From: Octopus vulgaris
Lineage: Eukaryota
Assembly (NCBI GenBank): GCA_951406725.2
Contig: OX597832.1
Span: forward strand, 35,836,001-35,900,000
Length of the DNA stretch: 64,000 nt
Direction: 5' to 3'
Positions 10,990 through 25,064 of this stretch are shown here, one piece after another. Below the pieces are notes generated by a model. The model did no database searches and was not told the DNA's origin. It saw nothing but the letters and a program-made list of their open reading frames with translations. Each line of letters begins with the position of its first letter. Within the stretch, counting starts at the first letter, position 1. A program made the translations under genes and the position numbers.

Positions 10990-12704
10990 GACATTAACAG
11001 ATGTATACAACGATAGACACATCTGCGACAGATCTGTGCAGTGGTGGCCACAATGTCAGCCATGTGCATTTGAATATTGCTAACTCAATGTGCAACAAAG
11101 CTGCTTGAACAATCTCATTCATTAATAGCTGACATGTAATAACAATCCAAACATCTGCAGGAACAACAATAATGTCATCAACAACCAATCAACAACAAGA
11201 ACGATAAATTGGACAACAATACAATGCACAACAACATTGATAAATGGAAATATTTGAAGCTTGAATTGCAAAAAATGATTCAGAAAATAATGGCTTTGAA
11301 AATATTTAGCTGCTTTCAACTTTTAGATGAATTTAATATATATGAGAATTATATATATTATAATATCATGGATGATGTTGTCAGAAGTAGGCAGAGCAGT
11401 GAAATATCCATTAATATCTCCATGACATTAGTAGGGTCAGCTTTACCTTTCATTAAAGTGAAAAAGCAAAAATCTTTGAAAATTGATGGTCTTTTTTGTC
11501 CAATAGTAATAACATGAGTTCACAAAAGTTAAGTGGTTATTTTCACCACGATAAAGAGGTGATTTTTATTGATTTAGTGAGAATCATTTGATAAAGAAAC
11601 AAAAGAATTAGTTACTTGTAGAGATGAATAAATAAATTAGAAATGGTTATGTCCTTAATATAAAAAGGTCTGCATTTCAAAAATTGACTTTCCTCTTAAG
11701 AAGTAGAGAATACTACAGCCCCCAACAACTGCTGACCTTTTACAAAGCTCTGCAGAGACATACAATGGAATAGTGCCACATCATCTGGGTCGGTGCTGCT
11801 GCTATACACCCACAGATATCCTAGACTACAACCAAAGAAGGGCTACAGAATATATAAGTGTGAAGTCATTGACCATCACACTCCAGCCTTTGGTCAACAC
11901 ATGAACTGTCTTTTCTGTCTGCTTTCTCTACCTCTGTTACAGTGGCTTCTAGTTCAAGAACAAGGCTTGAGAGCCACATGTGCTTCGTTACCTGGCAATG
12001 TCTGAAAATTACTCTTGGATTGTCTATTAGTTTTATGCAGGTATTGAAGGATAAAGATATGAGTGAGGAATCTCATCACTAAACGAAGCTAATGACAGCT
12101 CATAATGAGAGCTCATAATGAGGCAAGATCAAGCAAGAGGGTGAACAAATAAATGATCTTAAGTTTTGTTTTACAAAATAGTCTGTTTTACCTAAAAAGA
12201 ATAAGACAGACTTTTGAGAAAATATGGTATTCTCCAGACTGGAATGTCCTGCGCAAGGAATGAAACAGTGTGTAAAAGGAAAAGAAAGAGAGGCTGATCA
12301 ATGAATATCTTAAGTGGCTGTCTTACAAGGAGTGTAGCTATAGTAACTATGATGATGACTGATGGTATCAAACAGGGTAAGTCTGTCATCTTCTTCTGAA
12401 TCTGGAGACCAGATTGTAAGCTTCTTTCGGTGTTTATAACCAGCTGTGAGTAGCTTAAACAACAACTACTCAGTTGCAAGGAATAATAGGTAAAAAAAAA
12501 GAAGAAAGAGAATGAATGCAGTAACACACACCTGGGTTCATGTCTGTTTCCAATCAGACAAAGTGTATTGAAGGAAACTTTACTGTTGTCTACAGCAGGT
12601 CAACTGTCAACAGAAGAACATTCTCATTAGTCCATTGCAATATGAAGGGTGTGATATGCAGATCTACCACCACTATCTCCCAAACTATACAATTAATAGC
12701 AAGT

Positions 12705-13051
12705 ACCATTCGAGCGTGGTCATTACCTGCGTCGCCTTACTGGCACTTGTGCTGGTGGCACATGAAAAAACATTCGAGTGAGGCCGTTGCCAGTGCCACT
12801 GGACTGGCTTCTGTACAGGTGGTACATAAAAAGCACCATTTGAGCATGGCCATTGCCAGTACTGCCTGACTGGCCCTTGTGCTGGTGGCACATAGAAGCA
12901 CCCATTACACTCTTGGAGTGGCTGGTTTTAGGAAGGGCATCCACCTGTAGAAACTCTGCCAGATCAGATTGGAGTCTGGTGCAGCCATCTGGTTCGCCAG
13001 ACTTCAGTTAAATCGTCCAACCCATACTAGCATAGAAAGTGGACGTTAAAC

Positions 13052-13097
<46 letters not shown>

Positions 13098-13110
13098 TTG
13101 ATGATGATGT

Positions 13111-13141
<31 letters not shown>
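12705..13141 (+). mobile_element. RTE LINE 3' UTR fragment with internal short repeats and (GAT)n tail
   Basis: aggaagggcatccacctgtagaaa...aacccatactagcat...ggacgttaaacgatgatgat; homologous to 18515-18848 and 19600-19890. Confidence 0.75.
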
Positions 13142-13142
<1 letters not shown>

Positions 13143-13183
13143 CTATCATCAAGAAATCGGGAAATTAATAAATAGGGACCAGT

Positions 13184-13390
13184 TTAACCCTTTAACATTC
13201 ATCTCATTCTGTCAAATGTGCTTATTTATCCATGTTGCTTTGAATTAATCCGGCATTATCTCGTAGCTTTGAAACTTTGATGATGTGATTGTTTATTTTT
13301 AGAATAACATTGTAGGGTAGGTGCAAGAGGCTGGATCTGGCAGGTTTGAACATAAAAGACATAGAATGGCCAGTTTGAATGATAAAATGA
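13184..13390 (+). mobile_element. Probable piggyBac-like non-autonomous element fragment
   Basis: Begins TTAA-CCCTTT; the right end is degenerate. Confidence 0.4.
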
Positions 13391-14519
13391 CAAGGATGTC
13401 TCAATATTTATGTGGAAAAGATAATTTGTGGTTTAACTTGAGAAATACTGTTGGATTGTCAGTTAGAAGTGAAAGAAAATTTTGGAAGGATAAGTGAAGA
13501 AGAAGGAGAGAAGGAGAGAAGGAGAGAGGGGGGGCTGCTATTTTCCTAACTTTTGATATTTACGACTTTGGTATTTCAGCTGCAAATCTGTTTTGTTGTC
13601 TTCAATATGAAGATTAACTGAAAGTTTCTATAAAGATAGCAGAGAGAAACAATGCTAAGATAGGCTGCACCACTTTGTACAGCTTTTAAAAAATGTCATT
13701 TTAAGCCGTAAAAGATATATTGTGTCACAGAGTTCATTTATGGAACCTTTAAAGAGGTTTACAGTAAATCTTGTTTTTCTCAAAGAAAATGGCTCTGAAT
13801 AATAGCAACCTTTAAACTATGAAATGTTGAGTGTTGGATCCAAGAAATACATTTTAACTTACAGCAATAATCGCAAGTTCTTACAAGGGTTATGGTGAAG
13901 TAAAGGCATTTCCATGGCTTTTCTTAATAGATAAAGCTGCTTAAAGTTATGGATAACTATTATAGGTTTTTGTTTTACCTTTAGATTCACAGTATTCAAG
14001 CTGGTCACTAACAAGGAGATAAGGCTCTTTTCTTTGTGTTAAGACAGTTCCTGGAATTTGCAAGTATGCAAATGAATTATATATGAGGATATACTTGCAT
14101 TCATGCAATGAGTGCACCTGTTACTTTAGTGAACAGATGTGTTTCACTGCTCTTTATTTGTGTGTAAATGCAATTGTGTACGTATGTTCATTCCAGGGAA
14201 CTCAAATCAAAAATCCTTGGAATGTTTCACAAATTTTTACTGTATTTTTACATATTAACCATATTTGGAGGGCGCAATTCTGTTTGTTTTCTTCTTTCTT
14301 GAAGAATTTCAGCACTTCTAGGATTTTATGCAAATCGTTTATTATGGATATCCATGCCTCAATGCTAATAGGAACAAGGGAAACATTTAGATGACAGCTT
14401 TAGTTCCCTGTGTAACCTAATCAGTAGAGGAGCAGAGTTCTCTGGAAGCATAGCAATTAGAATAGGAACAAAGTGCAATTTCCAGGACTGGATGAAATAG
14501 AGATTCTCTCTTTGAGCTG

Positions 14520-15930
14520 AGGGTTGACAGTATGATGCATATGTATGAAGTACAGGGCTGCATAATGATGAGATGTCAAAACTAAATGCAGAGTATGTGC
14601 ATAGGATGGAGAGAAAGAGAGCAAGCATGTTGCATTGGATTTGTAATGTTTGACAGCATGAGCAGCATGGCAAAAGAGAAACTGCCAGAGCGACCTTAGG
14701 TATAAGAGGGATCAAATGTCAATGGGCAAGAGAGACACCTATGGGCAATAGGGTATGGGCAATATTTATGTATGAATGATGGCATTTAAGTAAAAAGGCA
14801 ACACACTAGGAGATCCAAACAGAAGAAAACTGTGGAAGTTGGAGACTGAGGGACGGGCAGGAATGGTAAAAGCTGGTTTGAGGATATTGAATCTAACAAA
14901 AAAAAAAAAAAAAGATGATGACAAAGAAATGCAGCAAATGGGAAGATGCTGCATTGGAGAGAGTCTGACCATGGAAAGGAACTGGAACCATGGAAAGATG
15001 GTTTGGTTCTCAGGCCCCTTTTGTTTATCATAGTCCTCCAGGCCATAACAGAGGAATTTAAGACTAGTTACTCTTGGGAGCCCCTCTATGCCCATGACAT
15101 TATTCTTATAGTAGAATCTCTATTAGAGGTAAAATGTCAGGTATAGAAGCAAAGACTGGAATTTAAGAACCTTAAAGTTAATTTAGCTAAAACTAGTCAG
15201 CAGGAAACAGACAAATTACTAATCTCTTCAGAGATATGTAGGAAAGGTGTTGGTAGAAATTTCATTGGTATACCTAGTGCAATCTATGGACACGTAAGAG
15301 GTGCAGTGGAATCACAGGAAGATTAACAAAGAAAATAGTCTTTGCGTGTGGCAGACAGGCTGCTACAATAAACACTAAGAATATACAAGAAATAAATTTC
15401 CTCATGTATCCAAGAGAAACCTTAGAGCAAGGGTCTCCAATGTGGTTGATATTGACCCGTGGAGTCAATAATGCACATCTACTTAATTATCATTATTATT
15501 TATTTATTTTCTTGTACATACTTAGGGGTCAATGAAGGGTCAAGGATTCCATGAAGGGGGTCAATGGTCTAAAAAGTTTGGGAACCCCTGCCTTAGAGGT
15601 AGTAAATAGTTTTGTTACATAGGTAATCAAATTAGAAGTGGTAGAAGTTGCTCTGAAAGAGTAATTGCTAGAATAAGAATCAGCTGGGCAAAGTTCAGGG
15701 AGCTGAGAATGGACAGATTACGACATGGCAGTGAAGCATGGGCTGTTACTGCATAGGAGATGTGAATGGTTGAAAGAAATGAAGCCAACAAGCTCTACTA
15801 AGTGTGTAATTTCAGCATGCAAGTAAAAGAGAGTGAAAATATTTTACGACAAAAATTGGGTATAAGTGGCATCAGATGTAATGTGTAAGAGGGAAGCTAT
15901 GCTAGTATGGTCATGTGATGCCTATGGATA
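14520..15930 (+). mobile_element. Fragmented RTE-clade LINE reverse transcriptase relics
   Basis: VLRPLLFIIVLQAITEEFKTSYSWEPLYAHD (YADD box) near 15000-15110 and HGSEAW-type C-terminal pieces; many stops; interrupted by an hAT MITE. Confidence 0.8.
15428..15590. mobile_element. hAT-type MITE (163 bp)
   Basis: 8-bp target-site duplication ccttagag at 15420-15427 and 15591-15598; imperfect TIRs caagggtctccaa / ttgggaacccctg. Confidence 0.85.
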
Positions 15931-15934
15931 AGGA

Positions 15935-16365
15935 CATGCTTGACCACCTCATCCCATGTCTTCCTGGGTCTACCTCTACCCTGGATTCCTTCAACTGTTT
16001 GGGAGTGGCACTTCTTCACACATCTCTCTTCATCCATCCGCAGTACATGACCATACCAGCATAGACGTCTCTCTTGCGCACCACATCTGATGCTTCTTAT
16101 GTCTAGCATTTCTCTCAGGACACTTACATTCTGTCGTGTGTGCACACTGACATTACACATCCAGCAGATCATGCTAGCTTCATTTCTTTCAAGCCTACAC
16201 ATGTCCGCTGCAGTCACAGCCCATGTTTCACTACCGTGAAGCATGGCAGTTCGCACACATGCATCGCACAGTCTACCTTTCACTCTGAGCGAGAGACCTT
16301 TTGTCACCAGTAGGGGTAGGAGCTTTCTAAACTTTGCCCAGGATATTCTTATTCTAGTGGTAACA
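15935..16365 (-). mobile_element. RTE-clade LINE C-terminal ORF fragment
   Basis: ORF 15897-16307: KGRLCDACVRTAMLHGSETW...ERRLCWYGHVLRMDEER...GRGRPRKTW. Confidence 0.9.
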
Positions 16366-17134
16366 GCTAATATTTATTACATGGTGGTACATAGCATTCT
16401 TTTATTGAATGATTGATATCAATTATGTGGCAAACACATGTGGATTGGCGGATTTTGCTCATATTTGCTGATACCACTTGTTGTTGTTGTTGTTGTTTAA
16501 TCACCTCTGATCCAGCAAACATTCCAACCCTAATATCTCATCTTTTTTGTAGACTGAGGGCTACATAATTAAATGTGGCCATTTTAAAGATAGCTAGATG
16601 TTATTTTAGGTGTATCTGGCTGCTATTTCTATCAGATTGAATGGCCACAGCTCTCTTATTGGTTCAATTCTATGTTACTTTCTGTCGACCAAATTCCAGT
16701 CAGAAGACTTTGGTCAACCGGAAGCATCCAAGATGCTGCACACTGGGCTCGACTTTGATGCCATGAAGTGACAGAGTGAATGCATGATGTTTATCTCAGA
16801 TCCATTGTTCATACAAAATCACCAGGTATCAACTGTGGCACTTTATTCCATTCACAGACAAGTTTGCAAGAATCTCAGAAAAGAGTAATTCTGGGTCAGT
16901 AAATGTTAAAATTCTTGGAAAGTTTTGTTAGTCTAGAATGTATGGACATCTTGTCAATCTATGATTCTCTCTGTTATTCTGGAATATGTCTATGTATGTT
17001 TGTCAAAAATGTGATTCTCTGAAAGTATTCTGTTATTCTAGAATATCTGCATGTCTTGTCAGTGGTTCATCATTCTTTGTGACAAATGATTGGAAAACCT
17101 TTAAGTAAAAATATAATATCATCGTCATCGTTGG

Positions 17135-17138
17135 CGGT

Positions 17139-17169
<31 letters not shown>

Positions 17170-17250
17170 CCACCACCACCACCACCATCACCGACACCAC
17201 CACCACCACCAACAACAACAACACCACTACCACCATCACCGCCACCCCAC
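17135..17250. repeat. (GCA)n/(ACC)n microsatellite
   Basis: Direct inspection. Confidence 0.9.
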
Positions 17251-17898
17251 CACTTTCATTATAACTGTTTAGCTCAGTGTTACATTATCATAATGACTGT
17301 CATCATCATCATCATCATCATCATTGTTATCAATTTCAATGGAATTAATGAAGAATTAATGAGAATCTTAACAGAATATTCTCCCATCATAAGATTAGAA
17401 ATATTTTTGGCAGAATTCTTCCAAGAATCAATTAGAAATCACATTTTTCAATGTCTTTTATTTAAAATACAATCAAAATCCGGTGAACTCTGTAATTTCT
17501 CGTTAATTATCCAAGATGAGAGGAATAGATGAAATAATTTCAGAACTAATGAAAATGGCAGGAAATATTCTTCCTCATCCAATTACGGTACAAATATATT
17601 CCATAATGTTGAAGGCTATCAAAGATATTTTGAATTGCATCATTTGTTGTTGTTGTTAGTATTGTTATTGAACCCCAGCTGAGGCCGGACCCACAGATCT
17701 GTCAGTAAAGGGGTCCTTGTTATGTTCTAAGACTACATTTGCCAATGCATTCTTTTTATTACATGATTTAAGTAATTTAAAGGAGATTTAGTTGTTATTA
17801 CTAGCAAATAGACTAACCCCATCTATGCTTAGTATTCTCCACTACCTACTCCCTAGTAGTGTGTATATATATATGTATATATGTGTGTGTGTGTGTGT

Positions 17899-18250
17899 GC
17901 AGCAAAGAATTTGGTGTACAGGTTGGGATTCATCAAGGCTCAATCCTTAGTCCCCTCCTTTTCAACATTGTCCTTCAGGCCATAACAGAGGAATTCAAGA
18001 CTGGCAGCTCCTGGGAACTACTATATGTTGATGATCTTGTTTTCGTAGCAGATTCCATATCAGAGCTAGAAGAGAAATTCCAGGTGTGGAAGCAAAACCT
18101 GGAATGTAAGTGCCTTAAGGTTAACTTATCAAAGTCTAAGGTCCCAGTAAGCAAGAAAAACCGACAGGACCCTACCCCACTCAGGTAGGTGGCCCTGTTC
18201 AATTTGTAGGTAAGGTGTAAACAGAAATTCCATACAGTGTACCCAGGGTA
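17899..18250 (+). mobile_element. RTE-clade LINE reverse transcriptase core fragment
   Basis: VGIHQGSILSPLLFNIVL...LLYVDDLV...LKVNLSKSK, then a WPCSIC..GV..NSIQCT-like motif. Confidence 0.9.
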
Positions 18251-18514
18251 AGCTATGTACACACTCTCCCACTCTCTCTCCCCTTCTCCTGCTCTTCTCT
18301 CAGGTTGGGCAATCATGTTCTTCCTTTACAAAAGCGCACCTGTTTCTGTCCTCATTTCTGTCTGTCTGTCTCTGTCTCTCCCTCTCCCTCTCCCTCTCTC
18401 TCTCTCCAGGTAATCATGTACCTCCCTACAGTAAAATACCTGTTTCTGTCTCTCTATAACCTTTCATCATCTGTCACAAGATCTTCTCCTCTCAAAGGAT
18501 TTTGGTCTTGCCAG

Positions 18515-18809
18515 TTACCTGGTGACTTTGCCAGTGCTGATGCCACTTAAAAAGCATCCAGTCCACACTGCTCTCAAGTGGTTAGTGTTTGGAAGGGCAT
18601 CCAGCTGTAAAAACCATGTCAAACTCACCTCACCTGTGCTTGTGCCACGTAAAAAGCACTCAGTCCACTCTGCTGGATGGTTGGTGTTAGGAAGGGCATC
18701 CAGCCATGAAAACCCTGCCAAAACAGACACAAAAGTCTGCTGCAGGCTCCTACCTGGCCAGCCCCTGTCAAACTGTCCAACCCATGCCAGCATGGAAGGT
18801 GAATGTTAA

Positions 18810-18848
<39 letters not shown>
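18515..18848 (+). mobile_element. RTE 3' tail with internal duplication and (GAT)n
   Basis: Two tandem taaaaagca..cagtccacac...ggaagggcatccagc units followed by the tail. Confidence 0.75.
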
Positions 18849-19359
18849 TGACTTCTGTCAGACACATCATAGATTTCCACTGAGACTAGTGATGGAATGG
18901 TCTCTTGGGATTCAGATGAATGACAAAGTTTGTCTTGATTCGAATGAGCACATTCACAAGAAGTCATAAAAATCAACATTTTATTGAAGCCACAACAAGA
19001 AACACTGCTACCAGATTAAATAAGACAAAATTAATTATATATTTTCAATGTGATTAGCTTATTTTGGAATTTTTGATATGTTTTTAAGTGAATTGAACAA
19101 TGATTGCTACTGACAGTTTTTTTTAGAAAATTGAATATTGAAACCTGTTCTACTGAGACAGAAGGCACTATTAAAGGATGGGTGTGATCTATGGAGTCTA
19201 AACATAAACTAAATTATCTTATATTTGGCTTCATTGCTAATGCACCCTCTTTGGGCTGACCTGTTGCAAACTTTGGAAGTTGCAACAACTAATAGCATGG
19301 TTAGAATAAATTTAAATACTTTTTATGGAGAATAGAGAATTTCATGGAAGCTGAAACTC

Positions 19360-19887
19360 AGGGGAAAGCCCAGAGAGTACTGAGGTGGTGACGCATGACC
19401 TTCGAATGTTGGGCCTTACAGAGGCAATGACATGAGACTGAGACCTTTGGAGATATGCTGTGATTGAGAAGACCCAGCAACTAAAGTGAGATTGCAGCTA
19501 TGGAGGATGCCAGTGTTGCATCTCCAGCCCTTTTAAAAGTACACTTGATGCATCTGGCAATACGATATGTTTGAGAAGACCTGTTGAGCCAAGTAAAACC
19601 AAAATCGTAGCTGTGGCCAGTGCCCCTGACTGGCTCCTGTGCCAGTGGCATGTAAAAAGCACCGTCTAAATGTGGTCGATACCGGTGCCCCCTGACTTGC
19701 TCCTGTGCCAGTGACATGTAAAAAGCACTATCCAAATGTGAATGATGCCAAGGCCACCTGACTGGCTCCCATGCTGGTAACATGTAAAATGCACCCACTG
19801 CACTCTCAGAGTTGTTGGCGCTAGGAAGGGCATCCAGCTGTAGAAATATTTTCAGATTTGACTGGGGCCTGGTGCAGCCACTGGCTT
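19360..19887 (+). mobile_element. RTE LINE ORF end plus 3' UTR
   Basis: EVVTHDLRMLGLTEAMT*D*DLWRYAVIEKT, then 3' UTR short repeats and aggaaggg..catccagctgtagaaa. Confidence 0.8.
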
Positions 19888-20682
19888 TCCAGACCTCAGT
19901 CAAAGCTAGTAAATAGAGTGTGTACATCTGTGTGTATATGTATACGTATGTATATATATTATATGTATACATGTGTTTGTGTGTATGTGTATATGTATAT
20001 ATATGAGTGTAAGACTGTGTCCAGTGCATATGTGCGACTTTCATGCACATGGCCCCTTCACTTATATGGATATGCTTATATTTGTATATATGTAGGAGTG
20101 TGAATGTATGTCTGTATATATATATATATATATATATCTTTATTTATACGTATAAATGTCTAAACATATATGTATTATGTTATGTGTATGCATGTGAGCA
20201 CCTATATGCATATGAGGATGAGGTTGCGTACACATATACATATATATCTATATATACATGTGTGCATGTGGATATGTATGTATTAGTACGTACATACATA
20301 TATGTTTGTGTGTGTATGTGCATGTATGTATACATGTTTGTGTGAGTGCGTATGTATGTAAACATTGTGAACGCAGGAGGTTTATGTCTGTATATTGTGA
20401 GAATATGGTTACATGTATTTTTTATCTTTTTTCTTTTTTCTTTTTCTACCGATTAGAGTAACTTCCCTTTTATTCAACAGATTTTCACTGTGTCTGTTGC
20501 TGTGAATAAGAATGTATTGTAGCTCTTCACTCTGATATTTGAAACTCTGAGTACTATAATGACAACTTTTTACTGTTTGTTCTAAATTATGACATATATG
20601 AATAATCCTCTACTTATCTAATATCAAGGTCTCATTCTTTTGTTGTTACTTTTTTTTATTATTATTATTATTATTATTACAC

Positions 20683-20845
20683 ACACAATGGGCTTCTTTC
20701 AGTTTCTGTTTACCAAATCCAGTTCAGTTTCTTGTTTACCACAAGGATTTGGTCAGCTCCAGGCTATTGCAGCAGACACTTGCCCAAGATACTATGCAGT
20801 CAGACTGAATTTGGGACCATGTGTTTGGTAAGCAACCTTTTTTCT
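20683..20845 (-). mobile_element. SINE 5' part, degenerate
   Basis: Reverse complement of the head and core of 24383 and 29521. Confidence 0.6.
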
Positions 20846-23800
20846 GCACATATTCAGCAGTTTTTATTTGAGACGTTATATGTTCTGGATGTGAGGCTCA
20901 AGCAAACACATTAATCTCCCCACATTCAGGACTGAAAGGGTTAATCCTTCACCTGATGTATAAGATACCTAGTACCACAACGCCCCCACTCCAACACCAC
21001 CAATGCCACCACAACTACCATCATCACCAGTAACTTACACTTCCATATCTGTAATAAATGTAACCAATTCTTTTAATTTCAAAAAAACAAAGACAAAATA
21101 TCAAAGGGAAGAGACAATTCATTTGACAGTTCAGTAGATTCTGTTGCTGGAGACTATGGTGAAGTAGTGCTGTGTTACACGGCAAGAATCGGTGACAATT
21201 ACAGTTTCTGGAAAATTCATTGATCAATCAGACATACCTCAACATGAATTTGACACCTTTTCCATTAATTCAAAGTCGAAGTTTACAGCGCGTTTCAGTT
21301 GACGTTAGATTTTTAATGTGATAGGAAAAAGCATCTGGTACAGGTATTAAGTGGAAGAATTTAGTGTCATCAGTGCAACCTGGTGCTAGCATATTGGTAT
21401 TAATATCAGTAACTCAAGTAAAATGTTATGTTGGTTTCAATTCCGAAAACACACGAAAGGCTTTTAAGATAAAAGAAGAATTTTTTAATCTGTGGAAATA
21501 TATTTTCCCCAAACTGCTGTGGTTGGACTTTATTTGGTGCTTTTATAGCAAGTTGTGTTTTTTTTTAACCCCAAATATCACATGATTAAGTTTGGATTCC
21601 GAGAAAATTGGTGATGGTCTGTGGCATTGGCAGCAATTTGTTCAAAGAACAGTTCAGTATGTTCAGTAAGTGAGAGGAATGAAGAATATGTTTTGGATAA
21701 TTGTACATTGTCTGACAGGACAGGATGAGAGAGTGAGAGAGAGAGAGAGATGGGGAGAGAGAGAGGGAGAGAGAGAGAAAGAGAGAGAGGGAGAGAGAGA
21801 GAGAGTAGTGGTGGTGGTTGTCACAAGAGAGACAGAAGTAGTGGTAGTTGAGTGGTTGTTGAAAGGGAGATTGGGGAAGGATTAGTGGTGGGTGACATAT
21901 GTGACTACAAATCACAAATAAGAAGAACAATGGAAGGGGTTTTAGAGAATAATAAATAGCTTAGCTGATAGGATAGAATATATATATATGTATATATATT
22001 ATGCAGGGTCAGCACTAAGCAATGATGTGTGTAAGTACAAGTTTAGAACCAGTTCAAGTAAACTTGGGGGGCATATTTGAACTTGTAAGAAAGCTAGTCA
22101 CTGTGTTTTGTCACAGAGAAAATTTCTTGCTGAAGACAAAAGGTGTAAATACTTCAGAATTAGCTGGCAGCGCCACCTACTCAGACTGTGAGATGCAAAC
22201 ATTTTGGTGCCGTGGTTTTCTCTTCAGTCACAGAAATCAGACAGGATGAACTAGTTGTGCTTATCAGTGGCTCACCAGAAAACAAATTACAATGCCAAAG
22301 TGCTAAGCTGTGATGTGTATAAATACAAGGTTGTTACCAGTTCAAATATGCTTCTAATCAATGTATGCATACACGCATGTGTGTGTGTGTGTGTGTGTCT
22401 ATGTAGATATGAGCACACACACACACACAAATATATACATGTATAACACAAGTACATACAAGCCATGCCACACCATAAAGACATAGATGAACATGAAAAT
22501 AAAAGATGGAGAGCAGAGTGAAGGAAAGCTGAGGTGTGTTGCGGTGTGTATTCATTCCTTGTGGAGAAGCGGTCCCTAGAGTAAATACAAGACACCCGTG
22601 ATTGTCAGTATCATTTAAACCAAGGTGTTAGAGAATTCAGCTGGCTGAAAGGTATTTAGTGGAGCTATCAGTTATGCTAAAGAGCTGAGCAATGAACTCC
22701 CTCACCATTGAAATGTTGCTCTCATGGAATTTGTTAGTTTTTAAGTGGAGTAGGGGCTGTGGATGATGATGATGATAATAATGATGGTGATGGTGACAAG
22801 AAGACGATCATAATGCTATGATGGCAGATGAAAATATACTTTCATGAAAATAATTCTGTGTTAAGGCAAAGATTTTCTAAAGAATTCTGTCTGAAATTTA
22901 TGTCCAGCCAGTATTGAAGAGATTTATAGAAATTTTAGAATTAATGTCACCATTTATTGTAATCTCTTATCAGCAGACATAACACATTATTGAGCAATTA
23001 TCAGATAATCTCAGTTGGAATTTATTCTTCTTATTAATGCTGTTCACGCAATCCAGATCAAGAACTGAAGATTTTCTACCCAACTTCATGTATATTTATC
23101 AGCTGATTCTTCTAGAATGGTGGGAACGGTGTCTGAGATGATGTTAATGATTATGTTGCAAAGTTGTGTCATTGTGGAAGACTTCATATTTGTCTGGAGA
23201 ATCAAGGAACAATGACCTGCAAAGATTTTCCACTGCTTTCTCCTTTTTGTAATCCCTTCAAATTTACACTGGATAATATTCAGTCTGTGACCACCACAAT
23301 TTTGGAATCAAGCGTTTGCACTTCTTGTGTTTTTCTACTGTTTAATAATACATGCATCACTGCTTCACTTCATTTCCATTTCTGTTTGCAATCTGCTGAT
23401 GCATTGTACAGGTGTTTTCATGAAGAGCCATAATTTGGGATTATTCCCTTTGCAGTTCATTTTTCTGCTAATATCATCAAATAAGGTTGTATTGCTGGAT
23501 ATCATATATACGGTCTTTTTACCATTTTTTAAAAATAGTTTTTACATACATATAACAAACAGTAAAAAGTTGTCATTATAGTACTCGGAGTTTCGAATGT
23601 CGGAATGAAGAGCTGCAATGTATTCTCATTGGCTGTCAATGGCAACAGACACTTTGAACAACCATTGAGTAAAAGGGAAGTTACTCTAATAGGTAAAAAT
23701 ACACACCTGCTCTAATGACAACTTTTTACTGCTTGTTATAAATCATAACATATGCTCATAGAGAGAGAGACAGAGATAGTGAGAGAGAGATAGTGAGAGT

Positions 23801-24309
23801 GAGAGAGAGAGAGAGAGAGATAGTGAGAGTGAGAGAGAGAGAGAGAGAGATAACAGGTAGATTTGCTCAAGCTTTAAGCATATCAATTAGCCATTTTGGG
23901 GTTATTTACTCTGTATACAAGCGTGAGTGTATGTATGTGTATATGTATGTGTGTGTGGTGTGTGTAGTGTGGTGTGTTTGTGTGCGTGTGTGTATTTGTG
24001 TGCGTGTGTGATTTGTATGTGTGTGTGTGAAATTTAAATAAAAGTGAACAATTTCTTTGATGTTTATCTAAAGTAAAAACCCTCCATCATATTTCTCACT
24101 TTACTTAAACGATTTTTCTTCTCCAACACTGAGGCTGCTTCCCACCCCACCCACTTTCTGCCAGCAGGGACTGTTCACTTAACAAACCTATCTTTTCTTA
24201 CCATATACACCTTTCCATAGATTCATCAATCAGCACCTATATACACATCAGACACACTTGTAGCACACTTATATAGACAAATGCATAAACAGACACACAC
24301 ACACACACA

Positions 24310-24355
<46 letters not shown>

Positions 24356-24382
24356 TGAATTCATGTATTTTATATATTTTAT

Positions 24383-24727
24383 AGGTGCAGGAGTGGCTTT
24401 GTGGTAAATAGCTTGCTTACCAACCACATGATCGTGGGTTCAGTTCCACTGCGTGGCACCTTGGGGAAGTGTCTTCTATTATAGCCTCAGGCTGACCAAA
24501 GCCTTGTGAGTGGATTTGGCAGACAAAAACTGGAAGAAGCCCGTCGTGTATCTGTATATATATGTATATGTATGTGTGTGTATATGTTTGTGTGTCTGTG
24601 TTTGTCCTCCCAACATCACTTGACAACCGATGCTGGTGTGTTTACGTCCCCGTAACTTAGCAGTTCAGCAAATGAGACCAATAGAATAAGTACAAAGGCT
24701 TACAAAGATTATGTTCTGGGGTCGATG
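24383..24727 (+). mobile_element. tRNA-derived SINE
   Basis: ggtgcaggagtggctttgtggtaa...gggttcagttccactgcgtggcaccttgg; closely similar to 29521. Confidence 0.85.
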
Positions 24728-25064
24728 AAGGGATATAATTAATAAATATTCTGAAAACAGCTGTAAGACCTCCTATCTATAAATGTTCTAATAGCTACAC
24801 ATCCTTGGGTTTTTTATCTCATAACGCAAAAAATTCTTATATACACAAGCTGACATAGAACTAATGTTGAACCCTTTATTCACAATATTACCAAATCTGG
24901 AACTTAACTACGGTCTGTCTATAGCACTTATTCAGCATTACCTGACACCTTTGGGTCTCAATGACACCATTACCTCTTATAGCCTCAATATATATATATA
25001 TATATATATATAGATAGATAGATAGATAGACATACATACATACATACATATATATATATATATA

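Noticed and set aside
21090-21320. Exon-like segment with a minus-strand gag|gtatg donor
   Set aside because: In-frame stops or a missing acceptor in the frames tested.
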